From an uncultured Acidobacteriota bacterium (GTDB lineage Bacteria; Acidobacteriota; UBA6911), in contig CAWHCF010000020.1 in assembly GCA_963827655.1 (NCBI GenBank), positions 192,001 to 256,000 of the forward strand: 64,000 bases of DNA. The letters run 5' to 3'. The position numbers were made by a program, and so were the translations under genes. Below, in pieces: positions 41,388-52,189 of this stretch (position 1 is the stretch's first letter; every line of letters starts with the position of its first letter). Under the pieces are notes generated by a model, which had not been told where the DNA came from, ran no database searches, and saw only the letters and a list, made by a program, of their open reading frames with translations.

Positions 41388-42275
41388 ATGGATCAAAAAA
41401 AGGGGAGCGATTTCGATCAGGACCTTTACAAGCTTTTTGACCGTTACGTTCACGGCCTGATTGACCGCCGCGGGTTCCTCGACGGCGCAGCCAGGTTTGC
41501 GGTGGGTGGCATGACGGCGGCCATGCTGCTCGATGCCCTCAATCCGAAGTTCGCAGAAGCCCAGCAGGTCGCCAAGGACGACAAACGCCTCAAGACTGAG
41601 TCCCTTGAGTACCAATCGCCGCAGGGCTCCGGCAAGATGCGCGGCTACCTCGCCCGGCCGGCGAATGCGTCGGGTAAGCTCCCCGGCGTCCTTGTCGTCC
41701 ACGAAAACCGCGGTCTCAACCCCCACATCGAAGATGTCGCCCGGCGTGTGGCGCTCGACAATTTTATGGCCTTCGCGCCCGACGCCCTGACGCCGCTCGG
41801 CGGCTACCCGGGTGACGAAGACAAGGCGCGGGAACTCTTTCCCAAGCTGGATCAGGCCAAGACCGCCGAAGATTTTATCGCGGCGGTGGCGCTCATCAAG
41901 AACCGCCCCGACTGCACGGGCAAGGTTGGGGTGGTGGGCTTCTGCTACGGTGGCGGCGTGGCCAACATGCTGGCGACGCGCGTGCCGGATCTGGCGGCGG
42001 CCGTGCCCTTCTACGGGAGCCAGGCGAAGACTGAGGACGTCCCGAAGATCAAGGCCACTCTCCTGATTCATTACGCGGAGAAGGACGACCGTATCAATGC
42101 CGGCTGGCCGGCCTACGAGGCTGCGCTCAAGGCACACAACGTGAAATACACGATGCACACGTATCCGGGCACGCAGCATGGCTTCAATAACAACACGACG
42201 CCCCGCTACGACGAGGCCGCGGCCAAGCTCGCCTGGCAGCGTACGGTCGACTTCTTCAACAAGACGCTGCGGTAG
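41388..42275 (+). CDS. Dienelactone hydrolase family protein (YghX-like)
   Basis: FDRYVHGLIDRRGFL, HENRGLNPHIEDVARR, GFCYGG, HGFNN..TPRYD. Confidence 0.92.
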   Translation: MDQKKGSDFDQDLYKLFDRYVHGLIDRRGFLDGAARFAVGGMTAAMLLDALNPKFAEAQQVAKDDKRLKTESLEYQSPQGSGKMRGYLARPANASGKLPGVLVVHENRGLNPHIEDVARRVALDNFMAFAPDALTPLGGYPGDEDKARELFPKLDQAKTAEDFIAAVALIKNRPDCTGKVGVVGFCYGGGVANMLATRVPDLAAAVPFYGSQAKTEDVPKIKATLLIHYAEKDDRINAGWPAYEAALKAHNVKYTMHTYPGTQHGFNNNTTPRYDEAAAKLAWQRTVDFFNKTLR

Positions 42276-42373
42276 CCTCGGCAGGCACGCAGTAAGCCTC
42301 GGGCTGCGCTGGACCAGGGCTCATCAACCGCGAGTTTCGAGAAGACTGCTAGGAGCAGGACTGCAAGGTCGAT

Positions 42374-42576
42374 TTGAGACCGTTGCAAAACTCAACTGTG
42401 ACACTGCTGAGTGGCTTGGACACTTTCCGAAGGCCTGTGGCGACGGGCCATTGGCCCGTCGCAACTAACGCGAGAGTGAGACTTAGCTTTAAAAAGTTCA
42501 TTTCTGCCAACTGAGGGCCGGACGGGCTTGATAGCCCGTCCGCACATGAACCGAGCGCGTTTTGCAACAGTCTCAA
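42374..42576. mobile_element. MITE-like element with 18-bp terminal inverted repeats and two internal hairpins
   Basis: ttgagaccgttgcaaaac (42374-42391) and gttttgcaacagtctcaa (42559-42576), 1 mismatch; hairpins at 42440-42462 and 42519-42542. Confidence 0.75.
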
Positions 42577-42580
42577 TGGG

Positions 42581-44515
42581 CTAGCGCAGGCAGTCTGCCA
42601 TGGAAGTGCAACGGATAGCGTCCGGCCACGCGCCCGGCACCTCGCCATAAAGCCTCACCTTCGCGCCCATCAGCGCGATCACCCCGGAGATATCCGTGTA
42701 GCGCAGAATTCCCAGGTAAACAGGTCCCTGCCGATGCGAAGCGGGAGGCGAACCCAACACCACTCTCTCGACTCGGCCGTCAAGCAGCGCGGCGTAGAGC
42801 CCGTTCACGCCGCTCTCTCCCTTGCCTGCGATCGTCACGTGAGCCGCATCAACTTCCGGCAGTTCCCGCAGCAGCTCGAGCGATCGCAGCACCTCGTAGA
42901 CCTGCATCGATTCCAATGACGTGCCGGCCACCATGGCCTGCCGCTTCATGTGATGATAGGGATCGTCATCGCTGAAGCTCCGCAGATTCTGCTCGAGCGC
43001 GCGGCTGCCTTTGTCCAGGGTCTCGACGATCAGCACGGCGCGTTTGCCCCAGTCATTGCGTTCCAAAGGCTGCTCGTTGCCCCAGACCGGAATTCCCTTG
43101 CGGTGATCCACGACGAGCACAGCCGGCAGCCGGGCGGCCGCCGCCCCGGACGGAAGCGAATACAATCCGCGCACGCGCAGCCCTTCGAAGGAGTTGAAAC
43201 TAACCTTCCTCACAGTCCTGCCCTGCAATGTAGCGGCCTCGCCCCATACAGGCTCCAGCGCCGCTCGCTCGGTCGGGAAGTATCGGAATACGTCGTTGCG
43301 CAGATTGGCACTCAGCTCCTGGATGGTCTTGGACTGCGCGCGAGCCGGGATCAACTCCTCGTCAATGCGAGTCAGCGCTTCATCCAGAGGAATCCCGTCG
43401 CGAAAACAGACCAGCGTGCGGGGCTCCGGCTCATCAACCGGTCCTTCGCTGATGACGGGAGAATCTATGCCGAGAAGCTCCTTGAGGAAAAACGAGTAGA
43501 CCGGCAGCCGGATCCCCTCGGTATCGGAGTGGCCGCCGGGAGTCACAGCCGTGCGCAACGCGCCCTCGGCGTTATAGAGCCGGTACACCTCGCGCATCTT
43601 ATCCGCCATCTGGTTGAAGGCGTCCATTGGAAAGCCGCGATCCGCGTCGGCATTGCACAAGAGCTGCGCCCGCGGCGCCGTAAGCGCGCCGATTTCCGAG
43701 TACAGCAGGCCGTAGCTGTTCACGGGATACTGGCAATCGCAATGCGCCGAGGTCAAACGCTGCTTGACCCAGCCCGCAGTGGAAAGAGTCCCGGAAACCG
43801 GGGCGGATGCCTTCACCCTGTCATCGAGGGCCGCCAGAAAGAAAGTGGTCATTCCACCGCCGGACCGTCCGGTAGCGCCGATGCGGTTGCGATCGATATC
43901 GTTCCTTGAGCTGAGGTAATCCAGAGCGCGCCGGGCATTCAGCAGCTCGATCGCCAGCGGAGAAAACCCCCGGCTGTACCAGTGGAACCAGGCATGAGAA
44001 TAGACGCCGTGATGGGTGAACTCGATCTCACCCATCTCGATGTTGTCCATGATCATCACGGCGATGCCTTTAGCCGCGAACCAGGCGCCATGACGCGTGA
44101 ACTTGTCTTTGTTGGCGTGACCGCACTGATAGAGGATCACGGGGAACGGCCTGGCGCCGCCGCGCGGCAGGTAAAGGTTCGCGGTCGAAAAGATCTTGGG
44201 TGCCGTCTCGAGGACGATGTTCTCGACGATGTATTGCGGGTATTCCTGGCGGTGGGTGATGGTGACGGGCGGCGCCCCCTCCGGCCAGCGGCGGTCGTGC
44301 CACATCATCCGGGTGAGCGCAAGCCGCGTCCGCTGCTTGCGCTCCTCCCATTGCGCGACGCTTCCTATCCCGCTGAACAGAGCGTCCGATCGGGCAGTGA
44401 CGGTTCGCTCGAGATGCGCCTGAAGCGCCTCGAACTCACGGTTCTGGGCGGGTAGCTGGAACAGATTGGCCAGCAGGAAGAGGCCGGTAAAAACGACGCG
44501 CCGGTAATAGTCCAT
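42581..44515 (-). CDS. Secreted double alpha/beta hydrolase (acetylxylan esterase-like)
   Basis: TANLYLP, CGH, IGATGRSGGG, HCDC, PGGHSD; degenerate second domain with GKGESG. Confidence 0.8.
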   Translation of the reverse strand: MDYYRRVVFTGLFLLANLFQLPAQNREFEALQAHLERTVTARSDALFSGIGSVAQWEERKQRTRLALTRMMWHDRRWPEGAPPVTITHRQEYPQYIVENIVLETAPKIFSTANLYLPRGGARPFPVILYQCGHANKDKFTRHGAWFAAKGIAVMIMDNIEMGEIEFTHHGVYSHAWFHWYSRGFSPLAIELLNARRALDYLSSRNDIDRNRIGATGRSGGGMTTFFLAALDDRVKASAPVSGTLSTAGWVKQRLTSAHCDCQYPVNSYGLLYSEIGALTAPRAQLLCNADADRGFPMDAFNQMADKMREVYRLYNAEGALRTAVTPGGHSDTEGIRLPVYSFFLKELLGIDSPVISEGPVDEPEPRTLVCFRDGIPLDEALTRIDEELIPARAQSKTIQELSANLRNDVFRYFPTERAALEPVWGEAATLQGRTVRKVSFNSFEGLRVRGLYSLPSGAAAARLPAVLVVDHRKGIPVWGNEQPLERNDWGKRAVLIVETLDKGSRALEQNLRSFSDDDPYHHMKRQAMVAGTSLESMQVYEVLRSLELLRELPEVDAAHVTIAGKGESGVNGLYAALLDGRVERVVLGSPPASHRQGPVYLGILRYTDISGVIALMGAKVRLYGEVPGAWPDAIRCTSMADCLR

Positions 44516-44600
44516 GCGCCTCCATTCTGTAACTCATGAGATTCGTAACATGACCCGTTTATCGATGGCAATCGGAGAGTTCTACAGCACCGTTCTTGTT

Positions 44601-44656
44601 CTTCGTGTCTTTGTGTCCTGGTGGTTAGTGGCGCGAAACAAATACCACGAAGGCAC
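44601..44656. repeat. 8-nt-periodic inverted repeat doublet
   Basis: cttcgtgtctttgtgtcctggtggt ... accacgaaggcac. Confidence 0.75.
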
Positions 44657-44676
44657 TACGGACAGGGGGTTCTCGA

Positions 44677-44710
44677 GGGGATCTATCGGGGATCTATCAG
44701 GGGATCTATG
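44677..44710 (+). repeat. Triple tandem 11-nt repeat GGGGATCTAT(C/G) ending in the yciI start codon
   Basis: ggggatctatc ggggatctatc a ggggatctatg. Confidence 0.8.
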
Positions 44711-45034
44711 AAGAAGACGATTGCCGTGTTCTTCCGTCCTGGCTCGCGGTGGAACCCAGACCTGCCGGTTCGAGAACAAGCCTACTGGGACGACCATGCG
44801 CGCTTCATGGATGTGCTATTCGAAGCCGGCGAAGTGATGATGGGAGGCCCGTTCGCCGACGGCAGTGGATCGATGGTGATCCTGGCGGCCGAGAGCGTGG
44901 AGGCGGCGCGAGCGATCTTTCAGCAGGACCCGTGGGCGCACCAGGACGTGTTGGTCACCGCCGAGGTCAAGGAATGGACGATCTTCCTTGACGCCCGCGG
45001 CAAGGCACAGGAAAGAACTCCACTTCACCGCTGA
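44708..45034 (+). CDS. YciI family protein
   Basis: H..FM..L...G.V.MGGPFADGSGSMVIL.AES.E.A......DPW. Confidence 0.85.
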   Translation: MKKTIAVFFRPGSRWNPDLPVREQAYWDDHARFMDVLFEAGEVMMGGPFADGSGSMVILAAESVEAARAIFQQDPWAHQDVLVTAEVKEWTIFLDARGKAQERTPLHR

Positions 45035-45118
45035 GCACCGACGGTTACTCGAGGCCGTGGCGCAGTGGGCGCGAACGCATGCGGTGGCCACGATCCGCGG
45101 AATGGAAGGCTCGCGGAG

Positions 45119-45142
45119 CAGGGGCGACAATTGTCGCCCCTG
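45119..45142. terminator. Perfect 24-bp palindrome between convergent genes (possible bidirectional terminator)
   Basis: caggggcgacaattgtcgcccctg; no U-tract. Confidence 0.4.
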
Positions 45143-45200
45143 TGATTGACGTCCGAGGCAGCGAGTGTGCCAGCCGTAGCTGGCCAGTCGTAATATCCTC

Positions 45201-48200
45201 TTAGAACCGGTAACGCAGACCGAACTGGATCTGCCTTGGCGGCGTGCGCTGGCTGGTGATCTTGCCGAAGTTCGCATTGTTCATGGACCGGTCGGATCCC
45301 CAAAGTTGACCATGTTCGGCATGTTGAAGAACTCGGTGCGGAACTCGATATCATGTCCCTCACGAATCCTGAACTTCTTGTCCACGGCCACGTCAATACT
45401 GATGATGCCGTCCGCGTTGGTGATGTACTGGCCCGCATTGCCAAACGAGTACAGCGGCGGCAGGACAAACGCTTTCGTGTTGAACCACTCATCCGGTGTC
45501 TTGGGTCCGTCGTTAGGATCGCCTACCAGGTTAGGACGCTGCGTCGAGCGGCCGGTGTTGGCTTGATCGATACCGGTCGAAATCAACAGCGGCGGCCCGC
45601 TCTCGAGCCGGGTGATGCCCTGCAGCCCCCAGCCGCCCAGCAACAGGTCGGTTGCCGTGCCCCAATTGGCGCCCCACTTTCGGCCTTTGCCAAACGGCAG
45701 CTCGTACAAGTAGGAAAAGTTGAAGACATGGTTAATATCCCAGCTCGACCGCGAGTAGTCCTGCCGGCGATCGAACGGGTTCTGGACTTTCACCTCGGCC
45801 AGCGAAGATTGCCCGTCGAGCGCTTTCTGGAACGCGTAGTTCAGGTTGAACTGCAGTCCACTCGAGTAGCGCTTTAGCATCGAGACCTGCAGACTGTTGT
45901 AAGTGCCGTTGTACTGGTTCGAGCCGCCGTCGAGGTCGCCAAACTCCGGCAACAAACGGCGCGGCTCGATCGCACCGGGACCTGGCGTCAGCGCATTATT
46001 GAAGGGCGAGTAGCCGATCTGCTTGCGGCTTCCGGAGCCGACGTAGCCGATGTCGAGCGACATGTCGTTCATGAGCTCGCGCTGGATGAAGAAGTTCCAC
46101 TGCATCGAGTAGGGCGAGCGATTCTCGGGATTCTGCGGCCAGCCGCCGATCGCCGCCGTGCTCTCAAAGCTTGGACCCGGATCGGTGATCGACAAATCCA
46201 GCCCGCCACGGTTGGGACTGAAGACCTGCTGCACCGTGAACGGCCAGAACTTGCGCAGGTCCTGCAACTCCTGCACGAAGGTGGAATTGTAGAAGACGCC
46301 GAAACCTGACCGGATGACGGTTTTTGAACCGAGCCTGTAGGCGATGCCCATCCGCGGAGCCAAGTCGTTGTAGTCGTTCTGCACCAGCGCGCGACCGAAA
46401 CCGAAGGTGCGTGCCGGCTCGTTGCGCTTGCCGGTCACGGGATCCGGTTCCGGGTTGGTCGTTGCCCACATCAAATCCCCGACGACCTTGCCGGTAGCAG
46501 GATCGAGGTGCACCCAGAGGTTGCCCAGACGATCAGTCTTGTCATAAGGACGGGTGCCAAACTGGTACATCAAGCCGAAGTTGATGGTCAAGTTCGAGCT
46601 CACCCGCCAGTCGTCTTGAATATGGCCAAGCATGAAGTGCCCGATGCTGTCCGTGAGCGTGTTGCCCTGACCGCGACGCACCTCGCTCGGGTAACCCAGC
46701 AGAGCGTCGGCCATCGGGAAGTTTGTGATCTGACCGTTGAATATGGCGTCACCGTTCATCGGGTTCGCCGTGTTGGTGAAGAAGTTGCGGTAGTGGTACT
46801 GGCCGCCGATCTTGAGCGAGTGCTTGCCCCGGATGAAGGAAAGATTCCCTCGTCCTTGCCAGACCTTGTCGCCCGAGTCGCCGCCGCTGGCACTCGGAAT
46901 GCTATAGGAGCCAAGAGTGATGTTGACCAGCGGATCGCTGAAGACTTCGCGCTGGTACATTTGGATACCGGTACGATCGAAGTACTCGGCCCGGGTAACG
47001 GGCTTGGTCCCGACGTTCGGGTCCTGGGGCTGATTGGTGCCGAAGCCGAACTCGAGCCGTTGTGGTTGGGCTAAAAATGTGGACCCAGCTTCCGCCGTAG
47101 TTGGTGACGTCGAACCGGCTGGTATCGGCTACGGTCGGGATGGCGTTAGGGTTGAACAGGCCCGCCTTCTGACGGCTCCACCGGAAAAAGACACTGTCCT
47201 TCGGGTTCAGGTTGTAGTCCCAGCGGACGTTAAACAAGTCGCGGTCGTTGGCCTGGCTCGCAGTTTGAGACCAGGTTCTGTATCGGGCCGGGCCGGTTGG
47301 GCAAGGGAACGATCAGTTCAAGGGCCGTCGGGATGGCCCTATTGATGCGACCCTGCGGAATGATGTTGTTCGGGAAGCAGGCCGTTCGATCATTGGCGTC
47401 GCAGTTGCCAGAGAGCAGGGGATCCCTGAGATAGATCGGGGAACTCTGGGTAAGCAGGCTGGAGAAGTTACCGGCGCGGAAATCGGCCGGCGGCACGCTT
47501 CCCAGCAGGGCGCTGCCACGCCGTCGACGGAAGCCCTCCCAGGCGAAGAACCAGAACATCTTGTCGCGCAAGTTGGCCTTCGGCAGCATGACCGGGCCGC
47601 CCACAGAGACGCCGTACTGGTTCAGCCGGAAGGGAGTCTTGCCCAGGCCGCTGCGGTTGGCGAAGAACTCGTTGGCGTCAAACTTATCGTTGCGCAGGTA
47701 CTCGTAGAGGGTTCCGTGCAGGTCGCGCGTGCCCGACTTCATCACCATGTTGACGTTGGCGCCCATCGAGCGGCCGAACTCGGAGCCGGTGTTGGTGGCG
47801 ACCTTGAACTCCTGAATCGCATCCATGGGAGGCGACATGCCCGGGGAGTTCATCATCATCATGTTCGAGTCGACACCGTCCAGGGTGAAGTTGTTGTCCT
47901 GCGGGCGTCCTCCATTTACAGAAAACAGCCCGGTGCCCGACTGGCCTGTCCCGCGGCTGTTGGCTGCGGGTTACCGAGCTTGTGCCGGGCATCAGCAGGA
48001 TCAGCCGCGTGTAGTTGCGCTGGTTCACCGGCAGGCGCTCCAGTTCCTGCCGAATTGACGACGTTGCCGACCGAGGCCTCTTCGGTCCGCAAGACCGGCG
48101 TGACCGCGGTGACCTCGATCGTCTCGGTAACTTCGCCGACCTGCAGGGTGAAGTCGACTTCCAGGACAGCAGAGACTTCGAGAACGACGCCGGAGCGGAC

Positions 48201-48482
48201 CTGCCGTTTGAAGCCGGCCAATTCAACCTGAATGGTATAGGTTCCGGGGTTCAGCGGGGTAACCCGATACTGTCCGGCCTCGTTGGTCTGCACCTGGCGT
48301 TCGACGCCTGTACCTTCATGGATAACGGTAACGGTGACGCCGGGTATGGCGGCGCCGCTTGAATCGGTAGCGTCGCCCACGATCGTGGCTGCAGTCTGGG
48401 CGCCGGCGCCGGCAGCCTGAAACAGGCAGGCGATCAGCGCAAGCGCAAGGCACATTCCCAGACGGTTTAGTTGGGATTGCAT
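45201..48482 (-). CDS. TonB-dependent receptor, Oar-like, with carboxypeptidase-regulatory-like N-domain (several indels)
   Basis: G...DSSGAAIPG.TV, Y.I.VELAGFK, L.VGEVTETIEV, NNFTLDG, DAIQEFKV.T, KSGT..LHG..YEYLRND..DA, NQYG.SVGGP, QDDWRV...LT.N.GL, APR.G.AY, C-terminal RQIQFGLRYRF. Confidence 0.9.
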
Positions 48483-48811
48483 AGACTTCCTCCCCTTTTT
48501 GGGTTGCTTAGCAGTCAACTTCGTAAATACACTAACGTATGATCGCCTTGAAAAATGTGGGCCGTGTGATTTTGATGTTAACGATGAGGCCACGGGATGA
48601 AAGAACCCACTCAACAATTCTCTCGTCTCTCTCGAGAGATGAGATTTCGAGATCTGTCTGCTTGTTCCTGAGGATCTACCTTAGCCTTTTTACGTTCAAA
48701 GCGCCAAGATAATGCTTCTTGCTGGTGCCTACACGATTACAGTGATCGTTTTATCCCGTGATTCTGGGGAGTCTAACACAAGGTGCTGAAAAAAGATACG
48801 CGGGTCTGAGA

Positions 48812-50599
48812 ATGAAGGAACGTTTCCTCCTGATCGGGTTGATTCTCTGCGTGCAATCCGGGCTGGCATTATTTGGCGGTGCGCTATGGCTGGGCGCACA
48901 GGGCGTTGCAACTCGAAACGCTCCCCCGGCGGCCCGTTCAGCACCTTCCGGGAAGCCGTTCCTGGCGAGATTCGCCGACATCGGCGCTCAGGCCGGCCTC
49001 ACCATGCCCTTCGTCTCAGGAAGCGAAATCAGCAAGAAGTACATCATCGAGGCGAACGGAACGGGTGTTGCTCTGATCGACTATGACAACGACGAAAGGC
49101 TGGATCTCTTCCTGGTGAACGGATCGCGTCTGGAAGGCTACGGCAGCGGCCCGGCGCCGACAAACCGGCTCTACCGCAATGCCGGCAAGGGTGCGTATGA
49201 GGACGTGACCAAGATATCCGGTATGGGGCGTTCCGGTTGGGGCTCCGGCGTATGCGCCGGGGATGTGGACAATGACGGGCATCTGGACCTTTACGTTACC
49301 TACTGGGGTCCGAATGTTCTGTACCGCAACCGTGGAGATGGCGCCTTCGAGGACATCACAGCACAGAGCGGCACAGCGGGCCCCCCGAAAGAGTGGAGTT
49401 CCGGCTGCACCTTCCTCGATTACGATCGGGACGGTAATCTCGACCTGTTCGTCACCAGTTACCAGGTCTTCGATCCCGCCACGGCGCCTCTGCCAGGCAA
49501 AGGCTCCAACTGCGAATGGAAAGGCATGCCCGTTTTCTGCGGGCCTCGCGGCCTGCCGTACGGATCCGTGACGCTGTATCGCAACCGTGGCGGTCTGTCC
49601 TTCGAGACGGTCACTACGAGTTCGGGTGTGGGCGCGGTCAAGGGATTTTACGCCTTCACGCCGGTTGCTGCCGATTTTAACGGCGATGGCTGGACGGACA
49701 TTTATATCGCCTGTGACTCAACGCCAAGCATTCTCTTCCGCAACAACCGGAACGGGACATTCAGAGATATCGCCGCTGAAGCCGGCGTTGCCTACAGCGA
49801 ACACGGCTTCGAGCAGGGGGGCATGGGAGTCGGAGTGGGTGACTTCGACAATGACGGTTGGCTCGACCTTGTCAAGACGAACTTTGCCGGCGACTATCCC
49901 AATCTCTACCGCAACACGGGGGACGGCATCTTCGAGGATGTGGTCATGCGGGCCGGGCTTGCGGTCAACCCCCAATATGTCGGTTGGGGCGTGGCATTCG
50001 CCGACCTGGATAACGACGGCCTCACCGACATCCTTCAGGCCAACGGCCACGTGTATCCTGAGCTCGACTCTGGAACCCGCAAAACCCAGGAATCGTACCG
50101 CAACCCGCGGCTGGTCTATCGCAACCTGGGGGACGGGCGCTTCGAAGATGTCAGCGCACAAGCCGGAGCGGGCATCGCCCAGCAGAAGTCGAGTCGCGGC
50201 GCCGCGTTCGGCGATGTCGACAACGATGGCGACGTCGATGCGCTCGTCATGAATATGGGAGATGCTCCGTCGCTGCTGCGGAACGAACTCTCCGGATCCA
50301 GCCATTGGATGCAATTCCGTCTTCAAGGCACCCGGTCCAACCGCAGTGCCATTGGCGCAACCGTCCGCATCGAGGCTGCGGGCAAAATCCAGACCAAGCC
50401 TTGCCTCAGTCAATCGAGCTATGTCTCACAGAACGATCTCCGTCTCCACTTTGGCCTGGGCGGCGCGACGCGCGTGGACCGAATCACCGTACGTTGGCCG
50501 TCCGGAACGGCCGAAGAGTTTCCCGGCGCGCCCGCCGACGGTTTCGTCTTGCTGGTTGAAGGAAGCGGAACGGCAAAGCGTCTTTCAATGCCGCGATAA
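48812..50599 (+). CDS. CRTAC1 family protein (FG-GAP repeats plus ASPIC/UnbV)
   Basis: Repeated D.DNDG..DL motifs, GMGV, SRGAAFGD, SNRSAIGA, SQND.RLHFGLG, VRWPSG. Confidence 0.92.
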   Translation: MKERFLLIGLILCVQSGLALFGGALWLGAQGVATRNAPPAARSAPSGKPFLARFADIGAQAGLTMPFVSGSEISKKYIIEANGTGVALIDYDNDERLDLFLVNGSRLEGYGSGPAPTNRLYRNAGKGAYEDVTKISGMGRSGWGSGVCAGDVDNDGHLDLYVTYWGPNVLYRNRGDGAFEDITAQSGTAGPPKEWSSGCTFLDYDRDGNLDLFVTSYQVFDPATAPLPGKGSNCEWKGMPVFCGPRGLPYGSVTLYRNRGGLSFETVTTSSGVGAVKGFYAFTPVAADFNGDGWTDIYIACDSTPSILFRNNRNGTFRDIAAEAGVAYSEHGFEQGGMGVGVGDFDNDGWLDLVKTNFAGDYPNLYRNTGDGIFEDVVMRAGLAVNPQYVGWGVAFADLDNDGLTDILQANGHVYPELDSGTRKTQESYRNPRLVYRNLGDGRFEDVSAQAGAGIAQQKSSRGAAFGDVDNDGDVDALVMNMGDAPSLLRNELSGSSHWMQFRLQGTRSNRSAIGATVRIEAAGKIQTKPCLSQSSYVSQNDLRLHFGLGGATRVDRITVRWPSGTAEEFPGAPADGFVLLVEGSGTAKRLSMPR

Positions 50600-50605
50600 T
50601 CCGGG

Positions 50606-51628
50606 ATGATGATGATCGGAGTTATTGCAATCGCACTTTCGGCGTTATTGTACGCGCAGGATCCGGCCGCTCTTTCGGAGTCGGCGCAACAGGCGGCCAA
50701 AGCCCAGCGGTACGAGGAAGCCGAGCGCTTGTGGCGAAAGGCTATCGAGTCCTCGCCCCGGTTCTTCCCGGCGCTCTTCAATCTTGGCCTGTTTTACTTC
50801 TCGCGTCAGCAATTCAACGATGCGGTTCCCCTTCTTGAACAGGCGGCAGAGGCCTCACCCGACGACTTCAATACGCATTACCTGCGGGGCGCGTGCTACC
50901 AGGCTCTCGAGCGCCGCGACGACGCGCTGCGCGCCTGGAGAACCGCATTAAAGTTGAATCCGAAGAACACTCGGCTCCTGCAAGTCATGGCGGTGGAGTA
51001 CGGCAAGGGCCGTTACTTCCAGGAGGCGGCTGAAGTCTCGCTGCGGGCGCTGGAGTTGACTCCGGATGATCCCAACGCGTACTACCTCGCCATCAAGTCG
51101 CACCAGGATGCCGGACGCTACCCGGAAGCGCTCGAAATTGCCGGTCGCGCCGTGAAGCGGTTCCCTCAGTCAGCTCGGGCACACTTCGAGTATGGGTTCC
51201 ATCTGCAGAAGGTCGGGCGCATAGAGGAGGCGCTGAAAGAACTGGAGAAGGCTATGGCGCTCGACCCGTCCTACGAGGAGCCGCCCTTCTTCTACGGCGA
51301 CCTGATGCAGCAGCATGGCCGATACGAGGAGGCAATCTCATTCCTGCGGCGCGCGATCGCAAACCGAACGGATTACGTTCCGGCTCGAGTCGCGCTTGCG
51401 AAGGCCTTGATCGGACTGAAGAAGTTGGAGCAGGCCATCACAGAACTCAACGAGGCCGTGCGGCTCGATCCACGCCATCCCCAGCCACACCTGCTGCTGT
51501 CACAAGTCTATTTCCGGCTGGGCGACGAAGAGCGCGCGCGCGAGGAAAAAGATCTGTCGCTGAAACTGCGGCGGGAGAATCCGACCGTGCTCGAGGCAGT
51601 CCAAGGGCGCAATTTCCCGGCACGTTGA
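50606..51628 (+). CDS. Tetratricopeptide repeat protein (exported)
   Basis: Signal peptide followed by about 8 TPR-like repeats. Confidence 0.88.
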   Translation: MMMIGVIAIALSALLYAQDPAALSESAQQAAKAQRYEEAERLWRKAIESSPRFFPALFNLGLFYFSRQQFNDAVPLLEQAAEASPDDFNTHYLRGACYQALERRDDALRAWRTALKLNPKNTRLLQVMAVEYGKGRYFQEAAEVSLRALELTPDDPNAYYLAIKSHQDAGRYPEALEIAGRAVKRFPQSARAHFEYGFHLQKVGRIEEALKELEKAMALDPSYEEPPFFYGDLMQQHGRYEEAISFLRRAIANRTDYVPARVALAKALIGLKKLEQAITELNEAVRLDPRHPQPHLLLSQVYFRLGDEERAREEKDLSLKLRRENPTVLEAVQGRNFPAR

Positions 51629-51716
51629 CAATGGTCCGCGCAAAGCGCAACGCAGCCAATCTTTCCTGGCGCGGCTGAGGCCGCAATCAAATTTGAGATA
51701 CGTGGACGCCGCGCGT

Positions 51717-51745
51717 TTTCAGCCTTCAGCCTTCAGCACTCAGCC
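51717..51745. repeat. 7-nt tandem repeat (TCAGCCT-like)
   Basis: tttcagcc ttcagcc ttcagca ctcagcc. Confidence 0.65.
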
Positions 51746-51784
51746 AAAACTCCTTCGCAAAATGCAAAGAAGTCACGGACAAAC

Positions 51785-52189
51785 TTACGGGATCACAGTC
51801 GGGCGGATCCTGCCGTGAAGCCGATACACGGCAAAGTCCTTCCGGTCGACGGTGAATATCTTCCGGATGCCCTCTCGCTCGGCAACTCTGACGAGTGCGG
51901 CGTCGGCCAGGTCCATCGGCCGGTCGGCGTATTTTCGCAGGAGCGCGCGGATCCTTGGAACATCGGTCAGGTCGAGCGTCAGGAGCTGGACGGCTTCTCG
52001 AGTCAGCATCTCCCAGAGCGCCTCCTGGGCTTTGGGCAGATCGCCGAGGAGGTACATCGCTTCGGTCAGAGCGGGCCAGACGGTGCCCATGGGTTCCCGC
52101 AGACCCTTCAGGGCCTCGACGCACCTCTCATGGTGCTGGTCATCCGCGTCGACGAGGGCAACGAGAGGCCCGGCATCCACGAGGATCAC
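51785..52189 (-). CDS. vapC: PIN domain toxin, VapC family
   Basis: ILVDAGPLVAL, LTEAMYLL, MDLADAALV, FTVDRKDF..YR. Confidence 0.92.
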   Translation of the reverse strand: MILVDAGPLVALVDADDQHHERCVEALKGLREPMGTVWPALTEAMYLLGDLPKAQEALWEMLTREAVQLLTLDLTDVPRIRALLRKYADRPMDLADAALVRVAEREGIRKIFTVDRKDFAVYRLHGRIRPTVIP

